A DNA stretch of 64,000 nucleotides, from assembly GCF_036365525.1 (NCBI RefSeq), contig NC_090380.1, positions 72,467,757 to 72,531,756 on the forward strand. The letters run 5' to 3'. Positions 1-10,824 of this stretch are shown one piece after another. Positions within the stretch are counted from its first letter, which is position 1. Each line of letters opens with the position of its first letter. The notes below the pieces were generated by a model that searched no databases, was not told the origin of the DNA, and saw only the letters and a list, made by a program, of their open reading frames with translations. The DNA comes from Heterodontus francisci. Lineage: Eukaryota. The position numbers and the translations under genes are program-made.

Positions 1-235
1 TTCTTCACGCAAATGGTTGTGAATCTTAGGCATTCTGTACCCAGAGGGTTGTGAATGCTCCAATGTTGAATATAGTCAAGGCTGAACTGGACAGATTTTT
101 ATTCTCTCAGGAAATCAAGGGGAGCAGGTTGGAAAGTGGAGTTGAGACCAAGGATCAGCCATGATCGTACTGCATGATGGAGCAGGCTCGATGGGCCGTA
201 TGGTCTATTCCTGCTCCTATTTCTTATATTCTTAT
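1..235 (+). mobile_element. CR1-type LINE 3' end (cut by window edge)
   Basis: Decayed FFTQ.VV..W..LP-like ORF2 end, then a 3' UTR gatcagccatgatc...ggagcaggctcgatgggccg...cctgctcctatttcttat shared with other CR1 copies in the window. Confidence 0.85.
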
Positions 236-649
236 CCTTCATGAAGTTGGGAAGCGGATGATGGAGGGATTTGTTCGTGGGGCAGAAGGTAAATATGATC
301 TTTCTGAGGCAGCTCCAGGGTATCATGTCTGGAGATGGAAGGTTATATAACCAAGTCAAAACACTGTTTAAGTCTTGACAATCCAAAATCTAACTTGGCT
401 GAGCTGAGATATCCCCGTGGTCAAATAACATTCACTGGCTGAGTTTACACACAAAGAATGGTCATACTGTTAAGATGTTATAAGATGCCCAACACCTGTG
501 GAATGATACCCCAGTACAAGTGGGTGCCTTCCGGAAGGAAAGGAGGGAGAGGGAAAAGATCTTGGTATCCTTCTGTGACATAAAGTATTTTGAGAAGTTT
601 TTAGATTATAGAAGTTGATGCTAACATCTTGTTTTTGATTACTTGACAG

Positions 650-1051
650 AAACCGGCTTCAGCGTTACTGCAATAACACGAACGCCATCTGTGTTCTACG
701 ACAATGAATTTGAACTCCAGTGTTTCATCAGACCCACCTATCCTTCCCGAGTGTCAGTATCTGTAACGTGGAAATTCCAGCCCGCTGGATCAAGCAACAG
801 CTATGACATAATCACCTTTGCGCATGACACATCCATTGCATGGGGGGACAAGGCAACAAATTTTACAAATAAAACAATGATAATAAAAACATTGTCCAAT
901 AATGTCCGTCTGGTTGTCTCTAAAGCCAGTGACTTAGAGGCTGGGAAATACCAGTGCATTGCTGAACTTTGGCACCAAAACCAGATGGACCAATGGGTGA
1001 GGAAAACCAGTAAATCTTCAAATATACTGGAGGTAAAGGTTAAACCCCCAG
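650..1051 (+). CDS. IGSF3: IGSF3 internal coding exon, V-type Ig domain (about domain 5 of 8)
   Basis: Acceptor ttgacAG|aa at 648-649 and donor G|GTaagt at 1052; 402 bp, phase 1-1. Translation ETGFSVTAITRTPSV...FELQCFIRPTYP...VTWKFQP...SDLEAGKYQCIAELW...SNILEVKVKPP has the V-set C/W/YxC hallmarks and resembles IGSF3 domain 5. Confidence 0.93.
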
Positions 1052-1778
1052 GTAAGTGCATGGCTTTCTTGATCAACTAGAGTAAACAAAGCTGTCAGCC
1101 TGTATAACCACTTATTTGTCTTTTGTTCAATACATCAATACGTCTGTCTACCTATAGTCTCGTCTTGCAGTCGCCCTGCCTATTTTCAATTCTGTAGTAC
1201 AGAAGAAGCTACTTAAACTCCTAATTAATCTGTTTACCGCCTTATTAATATGCTACCGTGCTGAATACTTTGGTTTACAATAGTTGGATAAACTAATATG
1301 AAACCCAAGAATTCTTATTAAACTTTAAGCTGCAAATCTCCAAGTGATTACTGAGAAGCACAGTGCTCCAAAATTTAATTCCAAGAAATTCAGCAATATG
1401 GTCTTCTTACTTTTCACATACACATATGTTTACTGAAGTGACGCATTTTGTTTGGCAATATACATATTAAAAAGGCATAGTTTTCTTCTGCCAAATTTTC
1501 CCCCTCTTCTCTCTTGAAGGCATCAATTACTTGCTGAAGTAGTTTCACAGGTGTTGGATTACCCTATGGTACCTTGCCAAGGGAGGCCAGTAAGCATGTG
1601 CAAATCTTGACGGTGCATGTTGGCAGGTTGTTGTATGTGACACCAGGCTGATCCTTTACTTACCTGATATGAACACACATGCCCTGATATGAACACACAT
1701 GCTTCCAGCAGGGTTGGATAATGGTAGGCAGTTATTATCACCCGCCCTCCTTAATCCAGGAACATTGAGACCAGTTAT

Positions 1779-2666
1779 AAAGAAAGAAAAGAAAGACTTG
1801 GATTTATAGAGCACCTTTCAGAACCTCCCAAAGTACATTACAGCCAGTGATGTACTTTTAAAGTGTGGTCATTGTTGTAATGTAGGAAACGTAGCAACCA
1901 ATTTCTGCACACCTAGCTCCCACAGACAACAATGAAAATCTGTTTCTTCCAGTGGATTGAGGGATAAATATTGGCCAGGATGGTAGCATTGTGGTAACAT
2001 TACTGTACGAGTAATCCAGAGGCCTGGACTAATGCACCAGAGACATGAGTTCAAATCCCACTTCGGCAGCTGGGGGAATTTAAATTCACTTAATAAATCT
2101 GAAATAAATGGTAGTCTCATTAATAATGATCCTGAAACTACCGGCTTGTTATACAAACCCATCAGGTTCACTAATGTCCTCCAGGGAAGAAATCTGTCCT
2201 TAGCTGGTCTGGCCTACACGTAAATCCAGATCCACAACAATGTGGTTGACTCTTAAATGCCCTCTGAAATGGCATAGCAAGCCACTTAGTTGTATCAAAG
2301 CACTACAGAATAGCACAATGGGTGTACCTACATCACATAGACCACAGCGGCTCAAGAAGGTGGCTCACCACCACCTTCTCAAGTGCAATTAGGGATAGGC
2401 AATAAATGCTGGCCTAGCCAATGACATTCATGTCCCATGAACGAATAAAGAAAAACAAAAAAAAACACCAGGGATAAGTCCCCTGCTCTTCTTTTACATT
2501 CACCTGAGAGGGTAGACAGGGCCTTGGTATAATGTCTCATCTGAAAGAAGGCACCTTCGACAGTGCAGCACTCCTTCAGTACCATAACGCAGTGTCAGCC
2601 TCGGACTCAAACCCACAGCCCTCTGACTCAGAAGTAGAGTGCTACAAACTGAACCATAGCTGACAC
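1779..2666 (-). mobile_element. DeuSINE-superfamily SINE (SacSINE1/AmnSINE-like), interrupted at 1981-2464
   Basis: Deu-domain-like core cacctgagagggtagacagggccttgg...tctcatctgaaaga.ggcacctt.gacagtgcagcactcc; L2-like tail aaagacttggatttatagagcacctttc. The two halves rejoin as ggccagga|caccaggg. Confidence 0.8.
1981..2464 (+). mobile_element. tRNA-derived SINE whose 3' tail matches the LINE at 5815-6345
   Basis: A-box-like tagcattgtgg and B-box gagttcaaatcc; tail caagaaggtggctcaccaccaccttctcaag...aataaatgctggcc...cccatgaa followed by an A-rich end. Confidence 0.8.
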
Positions 2667-3984
2667 ATAGAGATCCAACCACACTGGCTCAGATCAGCTA
2701 ACTCCACACAACTGGAGGTCAAATCTATTCCCTCTATGGCTCAATTGCTTAGTAGGCAAACTTGCTGAGCTATCTGAAAGTCAAGACACTTTGATTATTG
2801 AACAGTATTTGGCAAGAGCCTGTAGTTGTTTTCAAAGGCACAATTTGTTTCAGAACATTACTACATCAGACAGATGTCACTTCTGTTTGCATGTGATTTC
2901 ATTGCATCAGTAAATGCCATCCAGCTATCCTCCCTTCATTACTATAAACAAGCTTCTTCAAAAGCTCCAAAGAACATAATAACCTTAATCTTTAGCTCAT
3001 AGTCAGTCAGATTCTCTCCCTTCCCTTACACTCCATTATTTAGACTTCATCTCTCTAAACCCCTTCCTTCCGATCTCCATCATCTACTTCAGTCTTAAAT
3101 GTAGCTGTCCCTTGAGGTCCTAAAGTCAGTTTTGCATCAAAGCTTATTTCCTGCAAGTAGGTTTGAATGGAGCCAGTGGCCATTAATGTTCTCACTGTTC
3201 CTTTGCAGAAGTAATTAGAGTCACTGCACATTAGTAGTAGTGTTCATCTCTGTTCATCTCTGAGCCATTCACCAGAATCACTAGGAATGGAAAATTTATT
3301 CTTTTAACTCTTTGGCTGCCTAAAATATTTTCAAATCATCTTTATTATAGCATATGTTTAGTTATGATGCTGGATGGGTCTTATTTCTGATTTGAAGGCA
3401 TTTTCCTCAGAAACGTTCCTGGGCAACAGAAATAATGCAAAAGTTCAGTGTTCCGGAAAAACCGCGAGAAGGAGAAAGGGGATGAGAGACATCACAGGGG
3501 AATTTACTATAGAACATATAGGCTTAGAAATTTGATGATTCTGCATCCATTTAACAGATTTAAAATTGGTACCAAAGCATCCTATGTAACAGGTAGCACA
3601 AGTACATTCTCAGCTGGAAACATGCTGTCCACCATGATGGTATTGGTAGTGAAAGAGGCAGCCAGGTCCCACACTGGAAGCTGATTTTATGCCCTTGGCA
3701 TTTACAAGTAAGGAGCATGAAGATATTCGATGACCCCTTTACCAAATGTGTTTGCCATGAACACAACTGGTGCTGGGCCAACGTTGTTCAGAAAACCAGG
3801 TCTACATGCGGTCAAACTAGCTAAAGGGAATGATTTCAGGCCACTGCCAGAAAGGTGCGTTCCTAAAAAGAAAATAGTTACTTGAATATGGAACCAGCAG
3901 GTGTAAGAGTGCTCCTGCTAGCCCCATACTAAAAGCATGGGCTGCCATCAGCGCCACTTGCTCACACATCCCCCCGAATGCAAC

Positions 3985-5045
3985 CTTGACTGCCCCCCCA
4001 ATCCCAACCACTGTCTCAACCCTCCCATTCTGGCTGCTACTTCATCCACCCACCCCCCCCCCCAACATCCTGACAACTACCGCTACCCTCCCACCCTGAC
4101 CGCTGCCTCGACCCCTCCTCCCCATCCTGACTGCTGCCTTGACCCCCCCACTCCCCACCCTGACCGCTGACTTGACCCCCCCTCCCCATCCTGACCGCTA
4201 TCCCGACACCCCCTCCCCATCCTGACCACTACCTCGGCCCCCCCTCCCCATCCTGACTTCTACCCCGAACCCCCCTCCCCATCCTGACTGCTATCCCGAA
4301 CCCCCCTCCCCATCCTGGCCGCTACCCCGACCCCCCTCCCCATCCTGACTGCTATCCCGAAACCCCCTCCCCATCCTGGCCGCTACCCCGATCCCCCTCC
4401 CCATCCTGACCGCTACCCTGACCCCCCCCCCCATCCTGACCGCTACCCCGACCCCCCTCCCCATCCTGACTGCTACCTCGACCCCACCCCATACTGACCG
4501 CTACCCCCAAACTCCCCTCCCCATCCTGACCGCTACCCCAGACCCCCCTCCCCATCCTGAACGCTACCTCGACCCCTCCCCCATACTGCGCTACCCCCGA
4601 CCCCCTTCCCCATCCTGACTGCTACCCCGACCCCCACTCCTCCCCATCCTGACTGCTGTCTCGAACCCCCCCATCCTGAACGCTGCCTAAACTTACCCCC
4701 CCAACCCCCACCGCTACTTTCCCCGCCCCCAAATTCCAACAGCCACTTTGTTCCCGCCCCCATTCTGACTGCTACCTCAACCTCTCCCCCAACATCCTGA
4801 CAGCTACCTCTACCCTCCCAACCTGAGCACTGTCTCGACCCCCCTCCCCATCTTGACTGCTACCTGGACTCCCCCCGACAACCCCATCCTGACCGTTGCC
4901 TCGGTCCGTTGCCCCCGTCCCCCCCCAACGGCATCCTGACAGCTACTGCGACCCCTCCCCCACATTCCGACAGCCACTTCGTTCCCCCACCACATCCTGA
5001 TGGCTTCTTCGACCCGCCCCCCCCCCTCCCCCATTTCAATCGCTG
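3985..5045. repeat. C-rich minisatellite, ~30-31 bp unit (ccccatcctgaccgctaccccgaccccctc), about 30 or more units
   Basis: Directly visible tandem array with a homogeneous core at about 4150-4630 and degenerate edges. Confidence 0.95.
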
Positions 5046-5814
5046 CCGTTGTTCCAACATTCCTCCATATGTTGATTTAAAGCAAGACATCTTCTTCTAA
5101 AAGTGACAGAAAATATTTTACCAGTTTTACAATTATTTAATTTAATTATTTCATTTTTAAATTTATAAAAAATTTTTGCTGGTCTAGTGAGGAGTAAAAA
5201 TAACACAACAGCTGAAGCTATCCTCATGAGTGGGGGAAAGAGGGTCATAAATCTATTGGAATCCGCAAGAACCATGACAATTTCGAATCCGTGACTTAGG
5301 AAATCTGTTTTTAGGTGAAAATCTTTAAAAACTAATCAGAAGGCAGTTCAGCATTTGAAAAATTATCAGTGAAAGTTAGGACAATAACTGAAAAAGTTAA
5401 TAAAGTTACAGAAATTCTGTTGAGTGAACTAGTCCTTTTCTAGCGCTCTCACTCCTGTCATGAAGGCCCTGATTTTTGCAGAAGTACGGTCCATGGGGAC
5501 TGGTAATCCTTTGTTTCTCACCAATGTCCTATTATACGTCTCTACACCAATAAAGTGAATACCAGCAGATTATTCCAACATGGAGGAAATTATGGTTCAG
5601 CATGAACTTGTTCTTATTCAAGAGCAACAAATTCATATGCATACTTACCAGTAGAGATCATAGGATTATAATCGGGAGCAGGAACTAAAAACAGATTTTC
5701 CCTTTCCCAACACAAAGGTGCTGAGGCTAAATGTGATTCCGCGTTTGTTGCAGTTACATTAGCACAGACTAGGGATGAAATTGGGATCTTTTTGTTTTAT
5801 ATGGTCAATTATCA

Positions 5815-6345
5815 CAGGCACAAGTCAGGAGTGTGATGGAATATTTTCCACTTGCCTGGATGGGTGCAGCCCCAACAACACACAGGAAGCTCGACGCCAT
5901 CCAGGACAAAGCAACCCGCTTGATTGGCACCCCAACCACCACCTTAAACACTCACTCCCTCCACCACTGATGCACAGTGGCAGCTGTGTGTACCATCTAC
6001 AAAATGCACTGCAGCAACTCACCAAGGATCCTTCGACAGCACCTTCCAAACCCTTCACCTCTACCAACTAGAAGGACAAGGGCTTCAGATGCATGGGAAC
6101 ACCACCACCTACAAGTTCCCCTCCAAGCCACACACCATCCTGACTTGAAAATATATCACTGTTCCTTCACTGTCGCTGGGTCATAATCCTGGAACGCACT
6201 TCCTAACAGCATTGTTGGTGCACCAGATGGACTGCAGCAGTTCAAGAAGGCGGCTCACCACCACCTTCTCAAGAGCAATTAGGGATGGGCATTAAATGCT
6301 GGCCTGGCCAGTGACACTCACATCCCATGAAAAAATTTTTTAAAA
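5815..6345 (+). mobile_element. Non-LTR retrotransposon 3' fragment (CR1/L2-group, VRSVMEY.PLAW type)
   Basis: Translates AQVRSVMEYFPLAWMGAAPTTHRKLDAIQDKATRLIGTP; its 3' UTR matches the 1981-2464 SINE tail. Confidence 0.8.
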
Positions 6346-7149
6346 GCCATGGAGGGACAGGATGGTGGTGGTTATTATGTACTAGTCTTCCTTGCTTTTA
6401 TATATGATTGTTCTGTGATCAAAAGGTAAACATCATAGAATCTTACAGTACAGAAGGCCATTCGGCCCATCATGCCCCTGCTGGTTCCTTGAAAGAGCTA
6501 TACAATTAGTTCCCTCCCCTGCTATTTCCTCATGGCCCTGTAATAATAAAGCTCATCTTGAAGAGATATAAAAGTAAATGTTACTGTTTGCTGTGCCTGG
6601 AGTGGTGAGGAAGAGGAAATTGGGCTAGAAAGCCTACGGGCTGAATTTTCCCCCACAGAGGTGGTAAGTAGGAGCTGGGTTTGTTTTTGGACCAGAAACC
6701 CATCTCTAGTGGGAAACTGATTAAAGTTCAGATTTTCACAGGAATGAGCCCTTATCTGATATGGAGACAGGTTTCCTGTCCACTTAGAGCAAGTGGGAGT
6801 GGGAATGGAGGTGGGTCAGATGAAATGTGAGGCTCGTTTAGACACCCCTGGCAGCCATCATTGAGACTGTTGGTTGTCCTGAGGGAGAGATCTGTGTTTT
6901 GTGCCATAGCCTTCCACTGCACCAGAGGGAAGCGAGATGTCACAGGGGAGCTCGCGGCCTGGTACCTGGGGCAGGGCTACCCCTCGCTTCATCGATGCCA
7001 AATGCTGGAGGCCATAAGGGAGAGGAGGGAGGTTCTCTTCCTGGAAGATGGCAGGAGGAGGCCACCTTGTCGTGCAGCAGGGGCATCTCTCTGTTCAGCG
7101 TCATCTCCCTCCACCTCCAAATCCTCCTCCTTTTACTTCTTGCTCCTCC

Positions 7150-8170
7150 CCCAATGAGCTGTTTCCTTCCAGGGCCTCACCATCCTCAAGGTCCACAAAT
7201 CTCTGGAAGGCCATGTAATGAAGAGTGCAGAAGACCACCACAATGAACAAGACCCTTGCAGAGACATATTCGAGGGCACCATCCAACCGGTCCAGGGACT
7301 GAAATCACATCTTCAGAAGCCAGGTTACCTGCTCAATGGTTGTCCTGCTGAGCAGGTGGCATTGGTTGTATCGCCTCTGTGCCTCTGTCTGAGGCTCCCA
7401 TTGAGACATCAGTAGCCATCTCTTCAAGGGACTTCTTCAAGTGGATCCATCCACACACTTTGAGGGTTGGAGTGAAGGTCTGAGGTAGCCTAGACTGCCG
7501 GAGGAAGAAGTCATCATGGCAGCTACCAGGAAAGGGAGCGCACATATTGCAGTAGCTCTTGTGGTCGCAGTCCAGTTGGACGTTGAGGGAGTGGAAGCCC
7601 TTCCTGTTGATTAATCTGTGTGGCCGGTCACTGGGTGCCTTGATGCCCACATGGGTGCAATTGATGATGCCCTGCACCTGGGGGAATCCAGCAATGCAAG
7701 TAAAACCCACTGCCCTCTGTTCCTGCAAGGTCGTGTCTGTCATTAAATGAATGTGCTGTTCAGCTCTGGCAAAGAGGGCATCAGTGACCAGTGAGACGCA
7801 GTGGTGGGTAGCCATTTTCAAGATGCCACTCAGATCTGTAGCTGATCTTTGGAAGGAGCAAGAAGCAAAGAATTTCAAGGTCACAGTGACTTTGATGGCC
7901 TCTGGCAGGGCGTGCTGATCAGTGCTGTAAAGTGTAAGCTCTTTGGTGACGAGGTTACAGCTGTCTGTGACCATCTGCCTGGAGAGTTACAGTCTCCTGT
8001 GGCACTGGTTCTTGGCCATCTCCAGGGAACTCCATCTTCGGTTGTCGATCCTGTGTTAAGGGTTCGGCTTCCTTTGCCTTCTTGTCCTTCTTTCATCTTC
8101 TGTGCCCTCCTGATGCCTAGGGCTCTGCTCTTCGTGCAAAGGGTGTTGCCCGTTATTGCCACTGGCCCCA
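7150..8170 (-). pseudogene. Harbinger (HARBI1-like) DDE transposase pseudogene
   Basis: ORF 7333..7974 contains KVTVTLKFFASCSFQ, AGFPQVQGIINCTHVGIKAP, INRKGFHSLNVQ and FPGSCHD. The catalytic D of GxIDCTH reads N, and the GDKGY motif is deleted with a frameshift. Confidence 0.88.
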
Positions 8171-8401
8171 AAATCTGACAGTCATGCTCCCCTTACCAGC
8201 TGGAGCCTTTCTTCTGGGCAGGTGGCCACCCAATTGTCCTTGACAGCCTTACCACCTGCTCTTCTGCTGCCGCAATGCTCTTTCAAAGCCCAGGCTCTAA
8301 GTGCCACATGTGCAGGGCCAAGGGCACCCCCTTACCAACTGTCCCGTCCCCCTTTACCTTGCTGACCCTCTTGTGGGGCTGGGGTAATGTCGGGGGTGGG
8401 G

Positions 8402-8748
8402 GGGCGGCACAGTGGCGCAGTGGTTAACACCACAGCCTCACAGCTCCAGTGACCCGGGTTCAATTCTGGGTACTGCCTGTGTGGAGTTTGCAAGTTCTGC
8501 CTGTGTTTGCGTGGGTTTCCTCCGGGTGCTCCGGTTTCCTCCCACATGCCAAACACTTGCAGGTTGGTAGGTAAATTGGCCATTATAAATTGCCCCTAGT
8601 ATAGGTAGGTGGTAGGGAAATATAGGGACAGGTGGGGATGTGGTAGGAATATGGGATTAGTGTAGCATTAGTATAAATGGGTGGTTGATGGTTGGCACAG
8701 ACTCGGTGGGCCGTAGGGCCTGTTTCAGTGCTGTATCTCTAAACTAAA
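8402..8748 (+). mobile_element. HE1-type V-SINE, full length
   Basis: A box tggcgcagtgg, B box ggttcaattc, V-domain gcgtgggtttcctccgggtgctccggtttcctcccaca, CR1-like tail gggcctgtttcagtgctgtatctctaaactaaa. Confidence 0.92.
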
Positions 8749-9664
8749 TGAGCCGTGGCTGGCGCCTACTCTGTTCCTGCCTCCCCTCAGCTGTTTTGAA
8801 ACTGATAGCTTCTAAAACCGCTGTACCCCTTTAAAATCCCACTCTCCCCTTCAGCAATCTCTAAACAAGATTTTTAATCAGTTTAATTAGCCTGAATTGA
8901 GGGAGAGCAGGATTCCTGGCCCGCCCTCCCCCATGCTGGTCATTATTGCCGGCACCGGGATCGCGCCTTGAAATTGACACATTGCCCAGCACCGGTATTT
9001 TTGGGGACACCTCCTCCCCACCTCTGTTCCTGTCTTGGGGGGCCATGAAAATTCAGCCTTTAGATCTGCTCTTTGTGCTGACAGCATGAGCCTGAATTAC
9101 CTGGTGTCCTCTCAGTAGGCAGTACTGAACCAGAATCTGCTGTAAGCATAAGCCCATCATTAACATTTAGATAAGGCAGGAGGAATTATTCCCGCCCATC
9201 TGATCTCACTTTACTGCAAGTCTGCCTCGGATGCTCAAATTGAGGGACACCCCAAAATGCTGGAAGTAGGGTTTGCCTGAGGCTCCTCACAGACTATAAG
9301 GTGTGCAGGATTTCCAAGAGCACTCCAAAGATTCAAGTTGGGCTTAGATAGGTGGATCAGAATCAGGTAGAAGCCCCAGTAGGGTTTTTGGATCTTGGGG
9401 CCTTCTGACTGCTGCTCTTTAGCAAGTGTTTCCTATGCTTCCCTTTCCACCAGGCTAACCCCACCCCTTCAGTTATTCACACACTCCCTGTGTCTTATAT
9501 ATGCCTTTTATTTCTTCGATTTCTCTCGTACTTATATTACTTCAACTATTTTATCATCTCCAGTTCTCAACTTCAACTCTGCAGCTTATTTTATTTCTTT
9601 TCCTATTTGTGTGGTCTCATTATGGTTTTATCCCTTTTCTCTTTCCCTTATTTTGTTCTTTTTT

Positions 9665-10105
9665 ACTATTGTAATATGTAGGAAATGCCTCTGTGCCTGT
9701 GTCTGGGGCTCCCATTGAGCGGTCATTAGCCATCCCTTCAAGGGACTTCTCTTGTCCCCTTGGATCCATCAACGGACTTTGGGCATTGGAGTGAAGCCAA
9801 TTTGCACACAGCAAGCTCCCACAAACAGAAATAAGATAACCACCTATTTTGGGTGTTGTTTGAGGGATTAATATTGGACAGGGCACCAGGAGAAGTCCCC
9901 TGTTCTGTGAATAGTACCGTGGGATCCTTTACACCCGCTTGAGAGGATATTACAGGACCTCAGTTTAACCTTCTGTCCAGAAGGCAGCATCTCCAACGGT
10001 GCAGCACTCCCTCAGTATTGGAGTAGAGTGTCAGCCTAACTTTCTGGAACAGGACATGAACCCACAAACTTCTGATTCAAAGTCAAGACTGCTATCACTG
10101 AGTTA
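9665..10105 (-). mobile_element. DeuSINE copy carrying a ~110-bp Harbinger transposase insert (9687-9796)
   Basis: gtaatatgtaggaaa...agccaatttgcacacagcaagctcccaca...Deu core...tcagcct is colinear with the 1779-2666 copy except for the insert. Confidence 0.78.
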
Positions 10106-10824
10106 AGTGTTGCTTATCGGTAATATCTTGCAACTCTGACAAAGGATCCATACCTGAAATATTAACTTGTCTACTCTTTCCACAGTTACAGTCTGGCCTG
10201 CTGTGAGAGTCTCGCACTTTCTGTTCTAAATTAAAATGAGACTTTTTAGAATCTGAATTGCACAATTAATTAAAAATATTCTTTTCATGCTTACGAATTA
10301 TTTATAAACTCTATTAATATTAAATTTGCAATTTCCATACACATCATCATTCTGCCTAAGATCAGTTTACTTGACACTTATTAACAGATATCATTTTCCC
10401 CAGTTACGTTGAACAGATTAATGGATGCAATGTTTTATTTAATCCCTCCCTCACTCCGGGGCAAGATCTTGCTTTGGTCTTGACACTACAAGTCGCTAGT
10501 GTTTCCAGTACATTCTGTTTGTTGATTTTTGGTTTTGATCCCTAAAGACTGTGCAGAAAGGCACTTAAGCTGAACACTAATGGAGTCTGAGCAATGGTGT
10601 GCAAGCAGCAGGAAATAGTGGCAAGTTATTATTTCAACTTTTACAATCCGTTGTGTATATGGATTAACTTAATATCACTCCCAAAGGGATATTGTGACAT
10701 TGCCTTTCACTTCTAGTGTATAATCATTTCTTTCAATGAGTAGAGTTGAAAATTGTTATGAAAGTCTTTTTTTTATATATTTCAAATAAATCAGAAACAT
10801 TTTTGCACATAGAAACTGTATAAG

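Larger units (their letters stand above)
1490..2775 (-). mobile_element. Ancient tRNA-like SINE, split by a DeuSINE (arms about 1490-1778 and 2667-2775)
   Basis: Arms are homologous to degenerate copies at about 380-560(+), 12780-13080(-), 26400-26730(+), 36920-37130(-), 54100-54470(-) and 63300-63610(+). Shared motifs include gagttagctgatct.agc and caacacctgtgga...gccttca.gagag. Confidence 0.5.
6638..9059. mobile_element. Decayed PIF/Harbinger DNA transposon: Myb/SANT fragment (+) and DDE transposase (-), with an HE1 SINE inserted
   Basis: TIRs GGGCTGAATTTTC (6638) and GAAAATTCAGCC (about 9047-9058). Myb-like PRFIDA/MLEAIRERREVLF at about 6975-7070(+). HARBI1-like transposase on the minus strand. 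Confidence 0.88.

Noticed and set aside
1663-1701. 20-bp tandem duplication cctgatatgaacacacatg (also a 10-bp one at 3241-3262)
   Set aside because: Simple slippage duplications with no sign of function.
3985-5045. CRISPR-like array
   Set aside because: Head-to-tail tandem units with no unique spacers, in a vertebrate intron with no cas genes.
7333-7974. Domesticated HARBI1 gene
   Set aside because: Catalytic residues are mutated or deleted, the frame is broken and the ORF is flanked by TIRs, so it is a dead transposon copy.
8402-8475. tRNA gene
   Set aside because: The A and B boxes belong to the tRNA-derived head of the HE1 SINE; no complete cloverleaf.
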